A DNA stretch of 64,000 bases from a bacterium (lineage in GTDB: Bacteria > UBA8248): contig CBDBZU010000004.1 in NCBI GenBank assembly GCA_965213625.1, forward strand, positions 128,001 through 192,000. Direction: 5' to 3'. Shown one piece after another: positions 27,366-36,979 of the stretch. The notes under the pieces were generated by a model. It was not told where the DNA came from. It did not search any database and worked only from the letters and a program-made list of their open reading frames with translations. Both the position numbers and the translations under genes were made by a program. Numbering within the stretch: the stretch's first letter is position 1; each line of letters begins with the position of its first letter.

Positions 27366-29591
27366 TCACCCCACCCTGTTCACGTAAATCGGACTCGACC
27401 AGGCCTGGCCACCGTCGACCTGCAGGACGCGCACCCAGTAGGGGTTGCCGGCGTCGGTGGAGGCGTCCTCGTCCGTGAACTGAAAGCGCGCGCTCCAGTC
27501 CTTGAGGGTCGGGGCGAGTTCCGAGACAAGTACGCGGATGTTCACGCCGCCGGCTTCGATGATGGTGGGAGTCTCTGTGATATCGCCCAGGGGAATATCG
27601 AAACTCTTGACGCTGCTGAAGAAGGAGAGCGTGGCGTCGGCGGGGGCGTCCAGGTCGATGAGCACGCCGTCCGGATCGCCCGAGGTGGCGGTGGCGAAGC
27701 GGAGCAGCTTGTTCGATACGCGGGTGATCGCGTCGTCGTACTGATCGAGCGCGTAGGGCGTGTGCGAGAGCATCGCGCCCTTGTCGAGCGCGATGCCGCC
27801 GCGCCATTCGACCTTCTTGTCGCGCCCGCTCTTTTGCGTCACCCCGCTCCACTGCACGCGGACCCGCCGCGCGCGGGACTCGCCCTGGACGGCGTTCAAG
27901 GGATGGCGGTGGATGGTTTCCCCGCCGCGCTTCAGTTCCACGTCCAGAAGCGGCGCCGTGCCGTGGACTTCCACTTTAATCGTCGGCGGTCCTTCGGCCT
28001 CCACCTCCCCGCCCATGAGGGCTTCGCCGCATGCGGTCTTCAAGTAAATGCGCTCGCCGTTCGTGGCGTAGGTCCTCCTCGCGCGCATCGCCTCCCAGAC
28101 GGCCTCGCGCGTGAGTTCGCGCGCATAGAGGCCCATCAAGCCGCCCTTCACGTCGAAGGTGACGACGTTGTTAGAACGCCTGTTGGGATAGACCAGCCCC
28201 TGGCGGCCCGTGTGATCGTCGCTCCCGCCGATGAAGCCGACCCTAAAGCCGCGCGCGAGCACTTCTTCCGCGAACCACTCGAAGGTGCCGTGGTGTGAGT
28301 GGATTTCCGCGAGATGCACGAATTCGGGATCGAAGAAATCGAGGTTGCACGCCCGCCCCCCCACGTGGGCGACGCTCATCACGTCCGCGCGGCCTCGGAA
28401 GGTCTCCCAAAGCGCCGAGATGGGGAACCTGTCGTCATGAACATCCGATAAATCGTCCACGCCCGCGTGTGAGCTTCTGTGGATTACTCCAGCATCGCCC
28501 GCGTAGTAAATGTTGTAATCGCCGCCGCCCGAGCGCGTGCCTGACCATTCATAGCCCAGGAGCGTGACGAAGCGGCCCGGTTCGTTGAATGCCTTACACT
28601 CCCGAACGACCTCCGCCCAGTCTTCCTTGCGGACCCTGAAATCGTTACCCTGCCACGCGGCGACATCCACCCCCGCCTTGTCGCGCGCGAAGCGGAAGTA
28701 TTCCTCCACCGTGCCCGTACCGACCGTGGAGCGCGTCTGTCCGTGGATGTCCCCCCAGAAAAGCGAGTAGGGATCGTCAGGCGCTTTTGGCAGAATCGGC
28801 GGACTTAAAGAGACCAGCCCCGCCGGGTCCTCGAGTCTTAAGCGATAAGGACCCTCGCCCGTCAACCTCGCGCCGCCTATGCGCTTCACGCCGCCGTCAT
28901 CCGAGGTGAATTCCACTTTACCTGGGGCCTCATCCTCATCGCGCCACCGCGTAAGACTCTTGTTGACCGATACCTCTCCCGTGAATTCCTCCGCCGGGTT
29001 CCCCCAGCTGTCCACGCCGCGCACGATGGCGGAGAACGTCTCCCCCCGCACGGGCGTCTGGGGACACGCGAGATGCCAGGTTTCTGGCGCACCGCCCACG
29101 ACGCGGATGTCCGGATCTTCGGCCAGCTCGTAGAAATGCTTTCTGTTGAATGTGTCCACCACGATCTTGAACGTGTGGCGCGTCTCGGGAAAAGTCTGCG
29201 CGCGGATGCCGGGACCGCCGCCTGTGGTATCGCCCAGGATGAGCGTTACCTTATCGCCTTCGCACAAGAAACCTTTCGACACGCGGACCGCGACGCCGGA
29301 GCGCCAATCGTCCAGATAGCCCTGTTCCTGGTAGGAGAGTGCAAGGCCCACATTTTCGTTCGAACACGTGACGCTCACATAGCCCGACGCCGCCGGGTCC
29401 TCGAACTGGGGGATTTCCATGTCGCTCGAGAGCCGCTTGCACACGAGAATCTGCGCGCCCTCATCCACCCCGTACCTGCCCGCCGTGAAGATGATTTTTC
29501 TGGTGAAGAACGCCCCCGCCACGATGGGGGTTTCGGGCTCCACGCGGGCGCTTCCTACGTCGAAGCGGTAGGGGTCGAGTCGCTTGTCCAT
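27366..29591 (-). CDS. DUF3604 / PHP-like domain protein
   Basis: FWGDIHGQT..TVGTG, GYEWSG, GFIGGSDDH.G, LTREAVWEAMRARRTYAT.G, YWVRV.Q.DG..AWSSPI. Confidence 0.78.
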   Translation of the reverse strand: MDKRLDPYRFDVGSARVEPETPIVAGAFFTRKIIFTAGRYGVDEGAQILVCKRLSSDMEIPQFEDPAASGYVSVTCSNENVGLALSYQEQGYLDDWRSGVAVRVSKGFLCEGDKVTLILGDTTGGGPGIRAQTFPETRHTFKIVVDTFNRKHFYELAEDPDIRVVGGAPETWHLACPQTPVRGETFSAIVRGVDSWGNPAEEFTGEVSVNKSLTRWRDEDEAPGKVEFTSDDGGVKRIGGARLTGEGPYRLRLEDPAGLVSLSPPILPKAPDDPYSLFWGDIHGQTRSTVGTGTVEEYFRFARDKAGVDVAAWQGNDFRVRKEDWAEVVRECKAFNEPGRFVTLLGYEWSGTRSGGGDYNIYYAGDAGVIHRSSHAGVDDLSDVHDDRFPISALWETFRGRADVMSVAHVGGRACNLDFFDPEFVHLAEIHSHHGTFEWFAEEVLARGFRVGFIGGSDDHTGRQGLVYPNRRSNNVVTFDVKGGLMGLYARELTREAVWEAMRARRTYATNGERIYLKTACGEALMGGEVEAEGPPTIKVEVHGTAPLLDVELKRGGETIHRHPLNAVQGESRARRVRVQWSGVTQKSGRDKKVEWRGGIALDKGAMLSHTPYALDQYDDAITRVSNKLLRFATATSGDPDGVLIDLDAPADATLSFFSSVKSFDIPLGDITETPTIIEAGGVNIRVLVSELAPTLKDWSARFQFTDEDASTDAGNPYWVRVLQVDGGQAWSSPIYVNRVG

Positions 29592-29650
29592 CAGGATGGT
29601 TCCTCAGGGTTTGTGATGTTCAAGAAAGTAACCGCCCGGCCTCACGCTTC

Positions 29651-30406
29651 TTAATCCGAGTAGGCGCGGGCCTCGTCCACGAAGCGGGAGAAGAGTTGCG
29701 CCGCTCCGTCCATATCGGCGTAGCCGTAGGCCGACATGGATTCGGGGTGCCACTGTACGCCCACGACGAACTGGTGCGAGGGAGACTCGATGGCCTCGAT
29801 GACGCCGTCTCCGGTCTTGGCCGATACGCGCACGCCCGGCCCCACCTCGCGCGCGCTCTGGTGGTGGTGGCTGTTCACCACGGACGAACTCCCGAGCACC
29901 TCGCCCAGGATGGACTCGCCGATCTCGATTTCGTGGAAGGTGTAGGTGTTCTCGTCCGTGTTATCGGGGCGGTGCGTAAGCGCGTCCGGCACCTGGGAGG
30001 GGATGTCCTGATAGAGCGTGCCGCCCGCCGCGATGTTGATGACCTGCATGCCGCCGCAGATGCCGAGCACGGGCATGTCGCGCGACATGGCTCCCCGGCA
30101 GGCCGCCATCTCCGCCGTCTCGCGCTTGGGGTTCGTGGGGCTGCACTCGGGAATACGCTCCTCGCCGTAAAGCATGGGGTCGATGTCGTGCCCGCCGCCC
30201 GAGATAATCAGCCCGTGGATGCCGGTGAGCAAGGAGACGCTCGCCTGCTCATCCTCCACCGCGGGGAGCAGCAGGGGCGCGCCGCCCGCCTTGATGACGG
30301 ACTCCACATAGGCGTCCATGAGAACGTGACGCGGGCGCACCTTGGGTTCTTCGGGGTAATTCCTTTTGCCCACGTCGCAGGTGATTCCGATTCTCGGCCG
30401 TTTCAT
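29651..30406 (-). CDS. Peptidase C26 / gamma-glutamyl-GABA hydrolase family (PuuD-like)
   Basis: RPRIGI, GGGHDIDP..YG, LGICGGMQ, VNSHHHQ, GVQWHPE. Confidence 0.88.
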   Translation of the reverse strand: MKRPRIGITCDVGKRNYPEEPKVRPRHVLMDAYVESVIKAGGAPLLLPAVEDEQASVSLLTGIHGLIISGGGHDIDPMLYGEERIPECSPTNPKRETAEMAACRGAMSRDMPVLGICGGMQVINIAAGGTLYQDIPSQVPDALTHRPDNTDENTYTFHEIEIGESILGEVLGSSSVVNSHHHQSAREVGPGVRVSAKTGDGVIEAIESPSHQFVVGVQWHPESMSAYGYADMDGAAQLFSRFVDEARAYSD

Positions 30407-30700
30407 TCGTTGCTGCCTCCCTTGCCAGAAACACAAAAAAATACTGAAAACCCATCAAAAGCGCACGCACCTATGAATCTCAGACGGAATGCGAATATCA
30501 CCACATTTCGGGCGAAACGAAAACCACCCGCCCCCGAAAGCCGAAAACGGGTTACGCCTCAGGCCTACTGCGGCGCAGGGGTGGATTCCGGCGTCCGCGC
30601 ACTTTATAGTCCGAAGCGAGTGTTCCAAGACACGCTGCCGGATAAATCCCGCGCCGGATGCGGATCGTTTTGTTCGAGGCTGTATGGAGGTTTATCACAC

Positions 30701-31006
30701 TTGTTCCGTCTTTACTTCACGCGCCTGATACTGCCCATCGTCTTCGTGGCAGGGATGGTGGCGATTCCCTTCGTCTGGCTGCCGGAAATCACGCCGCCGG
30801 AGAAAACCCCCGCTGCGCAGAAAGCCTCGGGCGAGGTGGATAAAAAAACCAGGCGCGCCACGCCGTTCCAGAAGACGATGACGATAGGCTTCGCGCTCAT
30901 CCTCGTCTCGGTGACGGCGGGGGGCTACATGCTCTACCGCATCACGCGCTCCCAGACGGCGAGCTGGCGGCGGCGCTTCGCGCCCGCGAAACGCCGGGGG
31001 CGGTGA
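30701..31006 (+). CDS. Small hypothetical membrane protein (2 TM)
   Basis: TTG start after GGAGG; two hydrophobic segments; 3' part of ORF 29696..31006. Confidence 0.55.
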   Translation: MFRLYFTRLILPIVFVAGMVAIPFVWLPEITPPEKTPAAQKASGEVDKKTRRATPFQKTMTIGFALILVSVTAGGYMLYRITRSQTASWRRRFAPAKRRGR

Positions 31007-31185
31007 GGGCGCGAACCTTCCCTTCTCGGGGTTACCCCACAGGACGCGACTACAGATAAAGAGCACATGATTGCAAGTGCGTATTTTTGCGCCCGTCCTC
31101 TCCCGGTTGATTGCGGAGGGTGGGCGATCGGATATAATGAAATCAACCACAGCCGCCAGGGGACCCAACTCAAAGGAGAAAGCAC

Positions 31186-31548
31186 ATGACAACCTTTGAA
31201 AGTTGGAGTCTCCTCGCCGCCTATCTCAACCTCATCGCTTCATTCGGCGGACTCGGGCTGCTCTACTACGGCATCCACGTGATGGCGCGCGGCGCGGAAA
31301 TGCGGGCGGCGGACTCCGAGAGCAAACACAACGAAAGGATGGCGGAGTCCCGGCGCAGGGACGAAGAAGCGAAGCGCAGGCACGACGAGTGGATGCGCAA
31401 GCATGATGAAGAGTCCGCGAATTCCAGGCGCAGGCATGAGGAGAGAATGACGACCCATGCCGAAAGCCGCGATACTTTACGCGCGCTCATCGACGGACAG
31501 GCCGAAAGCCGCATGGCCCTGCGCGAACTCATCGAGCGAACCGGTTAG
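31186..31548 (+). CDS. Hypothetical protein: N-terminal TM helix plus charged repetitive coiled coil
   Basis: AAAGGAG RBS, upstream TATAAT; repeats RRHD/EE.M and AESR..LR.LI. Confidence 0.65.
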   Translation: MTTFESWSLLAAYLNLIASFGGLGLLYYGIHVMARGAEMRAADSESKHNERMAESRRRDEEAKRRHDEWMRKHDEESANSRRRHEERMTTHAESRDTLRALIDGQAESRMALRELIERTG

Positions 31549-31577
31549 CAACGGCGAGCGGATACAAAAGCCCTCCC

Positions 31578-31649
31578 CTATGAACGCCGCATCCCGAGGG
31601 ACGCGCCGCTCAGCACGGACGACCCCGCCGCGAAGGCCAGGCACATGAG
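31578..31649 (-). pseudogene. Displaced duplicate of the MFS gene 3' end
   Basis: 31587-31649 matches 33771-33833 at 60/63 nt; encodes LMCLAFAAGSSVLSGASLGMRRS* versus MFS LMCLAFAAGSSILSGASLGMRD*. Confidence 0.9.
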
Positions 31650-31712
31650 ATGGGTTGCGGTATGTTGACCTGCCCCAAGAATGTGATTATTTTTATGGAA
31701 AGGAGGCGCGAC

Positions 31713-31850
31713 ATGGCCGACACGGAAATGACCCGCACCCCGATTCCAAACGAGGAAACCCGCGAAGCCATTCGGCAGGCGCGCGCCGGGGAAGGGCTGA
31801 GCACGTATAGCGGCGTCGAGGAGTTGATCGCCGAACTCGACGATGCGTGA
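31713..31850 (+). CDS. Short DinJ/RelB-like antitoxin (toxin-binding part)
   Basis: IPNEETREAI..AR.G......SVEEL-type C-terminal antitoxin motif; AAGGAGG RBS. Confidence 0.7.
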   Translation: MADTEMTRTPIPNEETREAIRQARAGEGLSTYSGVEELIAELDDA

Positions 31851-31887
31851 ACTTCGCGCAACCACGTAGTTAAAAAGAGACCTCAGA
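31843..31887 (+). pseudogene. YafQ-like toxin remnant
   Basis: ATG overlapping the antitoxin end reads MRELRATT*LKRDLR, resembling a YafQ N-terminus (TxQFKRDLK) with a nonsense codon, then truncated. Confidence 0.6.
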
Positions 31888-31948
31888 ATAAACGCTCGTA
31901 TAATCTGCGATTTTTCCGTATTCCGAACGACGCACTGCATAATATTCG

Positions 31949-32560
31949 CTAAGCGCGAGTGATATCCTTAACCATCACGTCTGCAGTGATCAGGTACTTG
32001 GCTAAAAGCGGTAGTTCCGGCGAAACACGTTGTGACACTAGAAGGTTGCCGCAGGTTACGCCCCGCACTTTTGCACCGTAGTATTTCCCTATCAATTTAA
32101 CAAAATTTTTACGAGAATTGGTATTTCTGTGCACAATATGGTTGCGGATAGACCGAATCTCGGTTAAGAAACTTGCGTAATTCTTGAGCAACTGGTGGCA
32201 CTGATCGGCGGAGTCGATCAGAAATTTTATGTTGTCCCGGATCTCGGCTCCGTTATTCCATGGAAGTGTGTAGCGGAATTTCGGGCGGTTAAGGCTATGC
32301 ATCGCCTTTATCGCTGCTGGGATGTTCCTTTGTTGGGCGAGAATAATCGGTGTGCTTCCATCGATATATGTTGCACCACAAACAAGTTTGCAAAATACGG
32401 ACCTCATGGTGTTTTCAATTAGGATTGCCAACCGTATCAATGCGATCTCGGCAATGAACTTGCGGTGCGCGGGTACCAGCGAAGACGTCGACGTTAGTAT
32501 ACCAGTCAGACGGGCGGTTTCCTTCGTAAAATTAGTGAAGTCATTCGTGAGCGACGGCAT
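31949..32560 (-). CDS. HEPN domain protein (putative RNase effector)
   Basis: N-terminal helix with E (ILIEN) and RxxxxH motif RNHIVH; starts 3 nt after the DUF262 stop. Confidence 0.7.
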   Translation of the reverse strand: MPSLTNDFTNFTKETARLTGILTSTSSLVPAHRKFIAEIALIRLAILIENTMRSVFCKLVCGATYIDGSTPIILAQQRNIPAAIKAMHSLNRPKFRYTLPWNNGAEIRDNIKFLIDSADQCHQLLKNYASFLTEIRSIRNHIVHRNTNSRKNFVKLIGKYYGAKVRGVTCGNLLVSQRVSPELPLLAKYLITADVMVKDITRA

Positions 32561-32563
32561 GAT

Positions 32564-33580
32564 TTAACTAAAAGCATCGGTCAAAGCTTTATTACGGATC
32601 CCCCGCTTATTAATGCGGTGCAAATTCCCTCCACTGAAGCCCTCAAGAAAGGTTGTTTGTTCGTCAGTCTTAACGTCGAGGTCTCGATAGGCGACCACTT
32701 TTGCGTCAATGTCGTACATGCACTGCTGGATATTGGCAACGTTGACGTTTTTTCGATTTCGTAGTCGATCCACAACTACCATCAAACTGAAGGCAAGCTG
32801 TTGCTGCTGGAACACTGTGTCGGAGAATGCAGTCGTTGGAATCGAAGCGAGCTTTCCAAATAAATCCTCCAAGCGCTCACTTAGTTCTTCCATTTTCGGG
32901 AAATCTACGTCGTAGTCTTTGTAGTATTTGGTGATTTTCGGAGCGCTGAAGTCGACTAAACCCTCAGCTAAGTTAATTACGAGATCTGATACAAATTGGA
33001 CCTCCTGCATGCGCGAAATCTGCGCTGCGGAGAAGATACCGGTCGAACGCCAGAAAGGTAGCCGCATAGCCGCCTGGCTGAGGCAAAACTGCTTAAAATC
33101 TCCACTGTATTGAGCGTTCCTCTTTTCTTGTGGGTTCAGCGTTTTGGAGATTGAGTTAATACGTCCAAATATTTCGATTACATCAGGTTCTTCGGCACCA
33201 ATGAGATAGCCAACCGAGAGCGCGGTACCGAGAAACAATTTCTTCTGCGCGTTCGTAAGTTCTGAGTATTTGACCTTCTTCTTGTGATCGGGATGCCCTG
33301 CCGCGAATTCATCGTTTCGGTACGAGATGATGGATCGAATGCGTTGCTGCCCGTCCACAACCTCTTTTATTGATTTCTCTCGCTCTACGTCAATTTGGTG
33401 CCGAATATAGATGCTCGGCACTGGCTTCCCCTCGAAGATAGTATTAACGAGGTATGCCTTCTGTGGGTTCGACCAAACTGACCGGCGTTGATACCAAGGA
33501 TCTATGTTAAGGCTACCATTGTTATAAATGTTTAGCAGATCTTGGATGACCAACGATTGGTAATCGACGCGTTCCATCAT
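32564..33580 (-). CDS. DUF262 (GmrS/ParB-Srx fold) domain protein
   Basis: YQRRSVW, VVDGQQR, FGRIN, LNPQEKRNA motifs; GAGGAG RBS. Confidence 0.88.
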   Translation of the reverse strand: MMERVDYQSLVIQDLLNIYNNGSLNIDPWYQRRSVWSNPQKAYLVNTIFEGKPVPSIYIRHQIDVEREKSIKEVVDGQQRIRSIISYRNDEFAAGHPDHKKKVKYSELTNAQKKLFLGTALSVGYLIGAEEPDVIEIFGRINSISKTLNPQEKRNAQYSGDFKQFCLSQAAMRLPFWRSTGIFSAAQISRMQEVQFVSDLVINLAEGLVDFSAPKITKYYKDYDVDFPKMEELSERLEDLFGKLASIPTTAFSDTVFQQQQLAFSLMVVVDRLRNRKNVNVANIQQCMYDIDAKVVAYRDLDVKTDEQTTFLEGFSGGNLHRINKRGIRNKALTDAFS

Positions 33581-33764
33581 CTCTCCTCAGGACTGTCTAA
33601 TTGAACGTGAACGATCATGACTCGAAATTGGGTGAGGCGCAACTCAAACTAGGAGTGAATATGTTAAGTTTTTAATATGTTGAATCAAGGTATGAATAAG
33701 CCAGTATTTCAGCAAGAAGGTCGAACAGTGATTCGTACGATTTCAACACCGAAGGCGGTGAGAG

Positions 33765-34982
33765 TCAATCCCGCATCCCGAGGGACGCGCCGCTCAGTAT
33801 CGACGACCCCGCCGCGAAGGCCAGGCACATGAGGGCCAGGCTCTCCACGCTTACGCCGTAATCGATCAGCCAGCCCATGACGACGGGCGAGAGCGCCGTG
33901 GACACCACCATGAACGAGGTGGCGAGCGAGCGGATGGCTCCCAGGTTCTCCACCCCGTAGATTTCCGCCCAGATGGCCCCGCCGATGGTGATTCGCACGC
34001 CGACGGTGACGCCCGTCATGATCATGTAGATGAGGGCTACGACCCAGTGGTCGGAACTCGCCAGCGCCAGAAGCGCGACGCACATGGGCGCGAGATGCCA
34101 GGGGAGGATTTTGACCGCGCCGACGCGGTCGATGAGGGGGCCGGTGAACAGCGTCAACGTGACGGAGAAAAGCGTGTAGAGCGTGTACGCGCCCGTGAAG
34201 AAGGCGAGGCTCCACCCCTTGGCCTCCACCAGATGCCCCATGTGAAAGAAAAAGCCGGTGCCGATGAACGAGGGGGCGAGAGAGACGGGCATGATGAGAT
34301 AAAAGCGCGGATCCTTGAGCACCTCCCTTCTTCCCCACACCCCTTTGGTTCTCGCCGCGGAAGCCGCCTCCCCCGTGCGCGCCGCGCGAGCCAGGTGCTC
34401 GTCTTCATGGCCTTTGAGCAGCCAGGCGACGGCGGGAATCAGCACGAGGGCGGAGAAGGCCGCCATCACCAGCCAGGTCTGCCGCCAGGAGAACCATGCG
34501 CTCAAGGCGACCGCCACGAGCGCCATGACCGCCTGGCCCGAGGGTCCGCCCATCGAGATGATGCTGACGGCGCGCCCGCGCTCCGCCGTGAAATGCCGGC
34601 CGATGCTCGTCACCGAGGTGTGGACCATCAGCCCCTGGCCCGTGAGCCTGAGCGCGAAAAGCGTGAAGAGCAGGGCCGGGAAGGCGGGCGCCGCCGCCAT
34701 CAGGACGCAGGAGGCGACTAACCCCGCGCAGACGCACAGGGCGAAAACCTTGAGCCGCGTCTTGTCGATCATCCGGCCTATCCATATCAGGCACATGGCG
34801 CTCGATACGGTGGCGACGGCGTAGGCCAGGCCGAACTCCCCGTGGGAGAGTGCGAAGGCGGCGCGGATATCGGTGTTGAAAACGGCGATGTAATAGGATT
34901 GCCCGAAGCACGAAAAAAACGTGAGCAGGAGGCCAAAGGACAGAAAACGGCGGTTTTTCCACGCGAAGGAGAGATATTCCAA
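33765..34982 (-). CDS. MFS transporter
   Basis: About 12 hydrophobic segments, GRMIDKT and GPLIDRVG motif-A repeats. Confidence 0.9.
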   Translation of the reverse strand: MEYLSFAWKNRRFLSFGLLLTFFSCFGQSYYIAVFNTDIRAAFALSHGEFGLAYAVATVSSAMCLIWIGRMIDKTRLKVFALCVCAGLVASCVLMAAAPAFPALLFTLFALRLTGQGLMVHTSVTSIGRHFTAERGRAVSIISMGGPSGQAVMALVAVALSAWFSWRQTWLVMAAFSALVLIPAVAWLLKGHEDEHLARAARTGEAASAARTKGVWGRREVLKDPRFYLIMPVSLAPSFIGTGFFFHMGHLVEAKGWSLAFFTGAYTLYTLFSVTLTLFTGPLIDRVGAVKILPWHLAPMCVALLALASSDHWVVALIYMIMTGVTVGVRITIGGAIWAEIYGVENLGAIRSLATSFMVVSTALSPVVMGWLIDYGVSVESLALMCLAFAAGSSILSGASLGMRD

Positions 34983-35129
34983 TGGCGGCCTTCATGAAGG
35001 AGCGGGGGGTGTCGATACGAGGCGCAGTATAGCATGGGGGCGAGGTATGGAGGAGACGGCTCACCTTGACACCACTCAGACCGCCCCATACCCTGACCCC
35101 ACACCCAAACAGCGGAGGCATCGAGCGCC

Positions 35130-35816
35130 ATGCGATTCCAGATCGGCCTTCTTCTCTTCCCGAACCTCACCCAACTCGACATGACAGGCCCGTACGAGGT
35201 CTTCACCAAGTTCCCTGAGTCCGACGTGCACCTCGTATGGAAGACGCTGGACCCGGTAAAAGCCGGCGGCGGCATGGAGCTTCTGCCGGGCATGACGTTC
35301 GATGATTGTCCGCAGCTCGACCTCATCTGCGTGCCGGGCGGCGCGGGCATGAACGCGCTCTTGAACGATGAGGAGACGCTCGACTTCGTGCGCAGACAGG
35401 CGGCCGGGGCGCGCTACGTCACCTCCGTGTGCACGGGGTCGCTCGTGCTGGGCGCTGCGGGGCTTCTGAAAGGAAAGCGCGCGACCTCGCACTGGATGTC
35501 GCACGCGATGCTGGCCGCCTTCGGCTGCGAGCCCGTGGCCGAGCGCGTGGTCGTGGACGGCAACGTGATCACCGGCGGCGGGGTGACGGCGGGAATCGAC
35601 TTCGCCCTGACGGTGGCGGGCGAGTTGCTGGGGGCGGAAGCCGCCCGCAAGATACAACTCGGCATGGAGTACGACCCGCAACCACCTTTCGATTCCGGCT
35701 CTCCGGAACGGGCGGACCCGGCGATGGTCGCCGCCGTGCAGGAAGGCGCCGCCGCGCGCCAGAGCGAGCGGGAAGAAGCGGTGAATGAGGCGGCGGGTAG
35801 GCTGGGAAGCGGTTGA
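35130..35816 (+). CDS. DJ-1/PfpI family protein (isonitrile hydratase-like)
   Basis: QLDMTGPYEVF, VPGG, SVCTGS catalytic Cys, TGGGVTAGIDF, EYDPQPPFDSGSP. Confidence 0.9.
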   Translation: MRFQIGLLLFPNLTQLDMTGPYEVFTKFPESDVHLVWKTLDPVKAGGGMELLPGMTFDDCPQLDLICVPGGAGMNALLNDEETLDFVRRQAAGARYVTSVCTGSLVLGAAGLLKGKRATSHWMSHAMLAAFGCEPVAERVVVDGNVITGGGVTAGIDFALTVAGELLGAEAARKIQLGMEYDPQPPFDSGSPERADPAMVAAVQEGAAARQSEREEAVNEAAGRLGSG

Positions 35817-35892
35817 TGATGCTTGGAGTTGGGGTCGCGCTCCTTATACATCACTCAACTTAAGTCTGTAGTTATTCCTGTGATGTGAAAAA

Positions 35893-36354
35893 TTACCCGA
35901 CACTCCGGCGCCGTCCGACCCACCTCCTGACGCTTAGGCAATAGGCTTCGTATCGTTCGCCGAATTTCCGACGCATCGCGCGCTCCTCATATGCGATGTA
36001 GCAATACCGGACAATGACGGCGAAGAGGGCGCTCAAGATGAGTGCGGCCAGCGTTCTCGAAACCAGTGCGGCGCCGAACACCGCCAGCACCAGACCGAGA
36101 TACATCGGGTTTCTACTCATGCTGTAGATACCTTCGGTCACCAGTTCTCCGGGTTCCTCGAATGTATACACATTCGTGCCGATACGTTGGAACAGCTTCT
36201 TTCCGGCGACCGAAACGCCGATGCCGAATATAAATACCGCGATACCTCCCCATAAGAGCAACGGTTCCGTGAAACGCATCAACGGGATGAAACGCTCTAC
36301 CGTGAAGATTGCGGCTATCAGAATCCAGAACAGGGTAGGTGGATTAATTTGCAT
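35893..36354 (-). CDS. Isoprenylcysteine carboxylmethyltransferase / PEMT family membrane protein
   Basis: LVTEGIYSMSRNPMYLG, EERAM..KFG..Y..Y...VRRW. Confidence 0.85.
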   Translation of the reverse strand: MQINPPTLFWILIAAIFTVERFIPLMRFTEPLLLWGGIAVFIFGIGVSVAGKKLFQRIGTNVYTFEEPGELVTEGIYSMSRNPMYLGLVLAVFGAALVSRTLAALILSALFAVIVRYCYIAYEERAMRRKFGERYEAYCLSVRRWVGRRRSVG

Positions 36355-36600
36355 GCGCCTTGTCCTTAAAGACGTCATCCGCCGGTTGCAGCAGGTAGGC
36401 TTCGCCGGCGGTGAGCATTCTGAATGACCTCCCAGGAATTCGAACGATACAACAGGAAGTGTAAGGAAACCGTTTGGAAACGAACAAGATTCAGGAATAC
36501 TTTTGGTTTGTGGCGTCCGGCTTGACGAATAGGGAGAGCCCAAAAGAAAGGAACTCCTAAGAAATTCACCAAGGAATAGAAGAAAGACCGTATTTCAATT

Positions 36601-36900
36601 CACTCCCCTTGAGGGGGTCGGGCTTCCCGAGGGGGAAAGCCCAATGAAAAAGTTCCTTTTCAGAGGGTAGAAGGGACGCCTTTTTCGACTGGAAAAGCAA
36701 CCCCCCAACCCCCCTTGTCAGGGGGGTAAAATCAAAATGCCCCCCCGACAGAGGGGGTAAAGGCGATGCCCCCCGAAAAGGGTGTGAAAGAAAAGCCCCC
36801 CTGACAAGGGGGGTTGGGGGGTTATTCCCTTGGCAAAGGTTTTTTTACAGCCCCCATAGGGCAGATCACGACCTCGGGCCGCTCACGAGCGGCCCCTACA
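36601..36900. repeat. Degenerate stack of palindromic elements
   Basis: CACTCCCCTTGAGGGGG start, CCCCCCTTGTCAGGGGGG / CCCCCCTGACAAGGGGGG pair, TTTTACAGCCCC end, GGGCCGCTCACGAGCGGCCCCTAC REP. Confidence 0.6.
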
Positions 36901-36979
36901 TACATGCTGATCTCACAACAAAGGCCGCCCTGGCGGGCGGCAACAAACCCGCGAGGACGGCCCCTGGTTGATAAAACTG

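Noticed and set aside
31578-31940. 120-aa minus-strand ORF ending in the MFS-like tail
   Set aside because: Chance read-through into the displaced MFS end, antisense to the antitoxin; not a real gene
33659-33685. Two ATATGTT(A/G)A(G/A)T motifs resembling XerD half-sites near the islet edge
   Set aside because: Direct rather than inverted orientation, 5-nt spacer and no XerC arm; not a dif site
36385-36414. Frame reading VAAGRLRRR* that echoes the DJ-1 gene end EAAGRLGSG*, a possible third displaced 3' end
   Set aside because: Only about 14 nt of similarity with none upstream; compatible with chance
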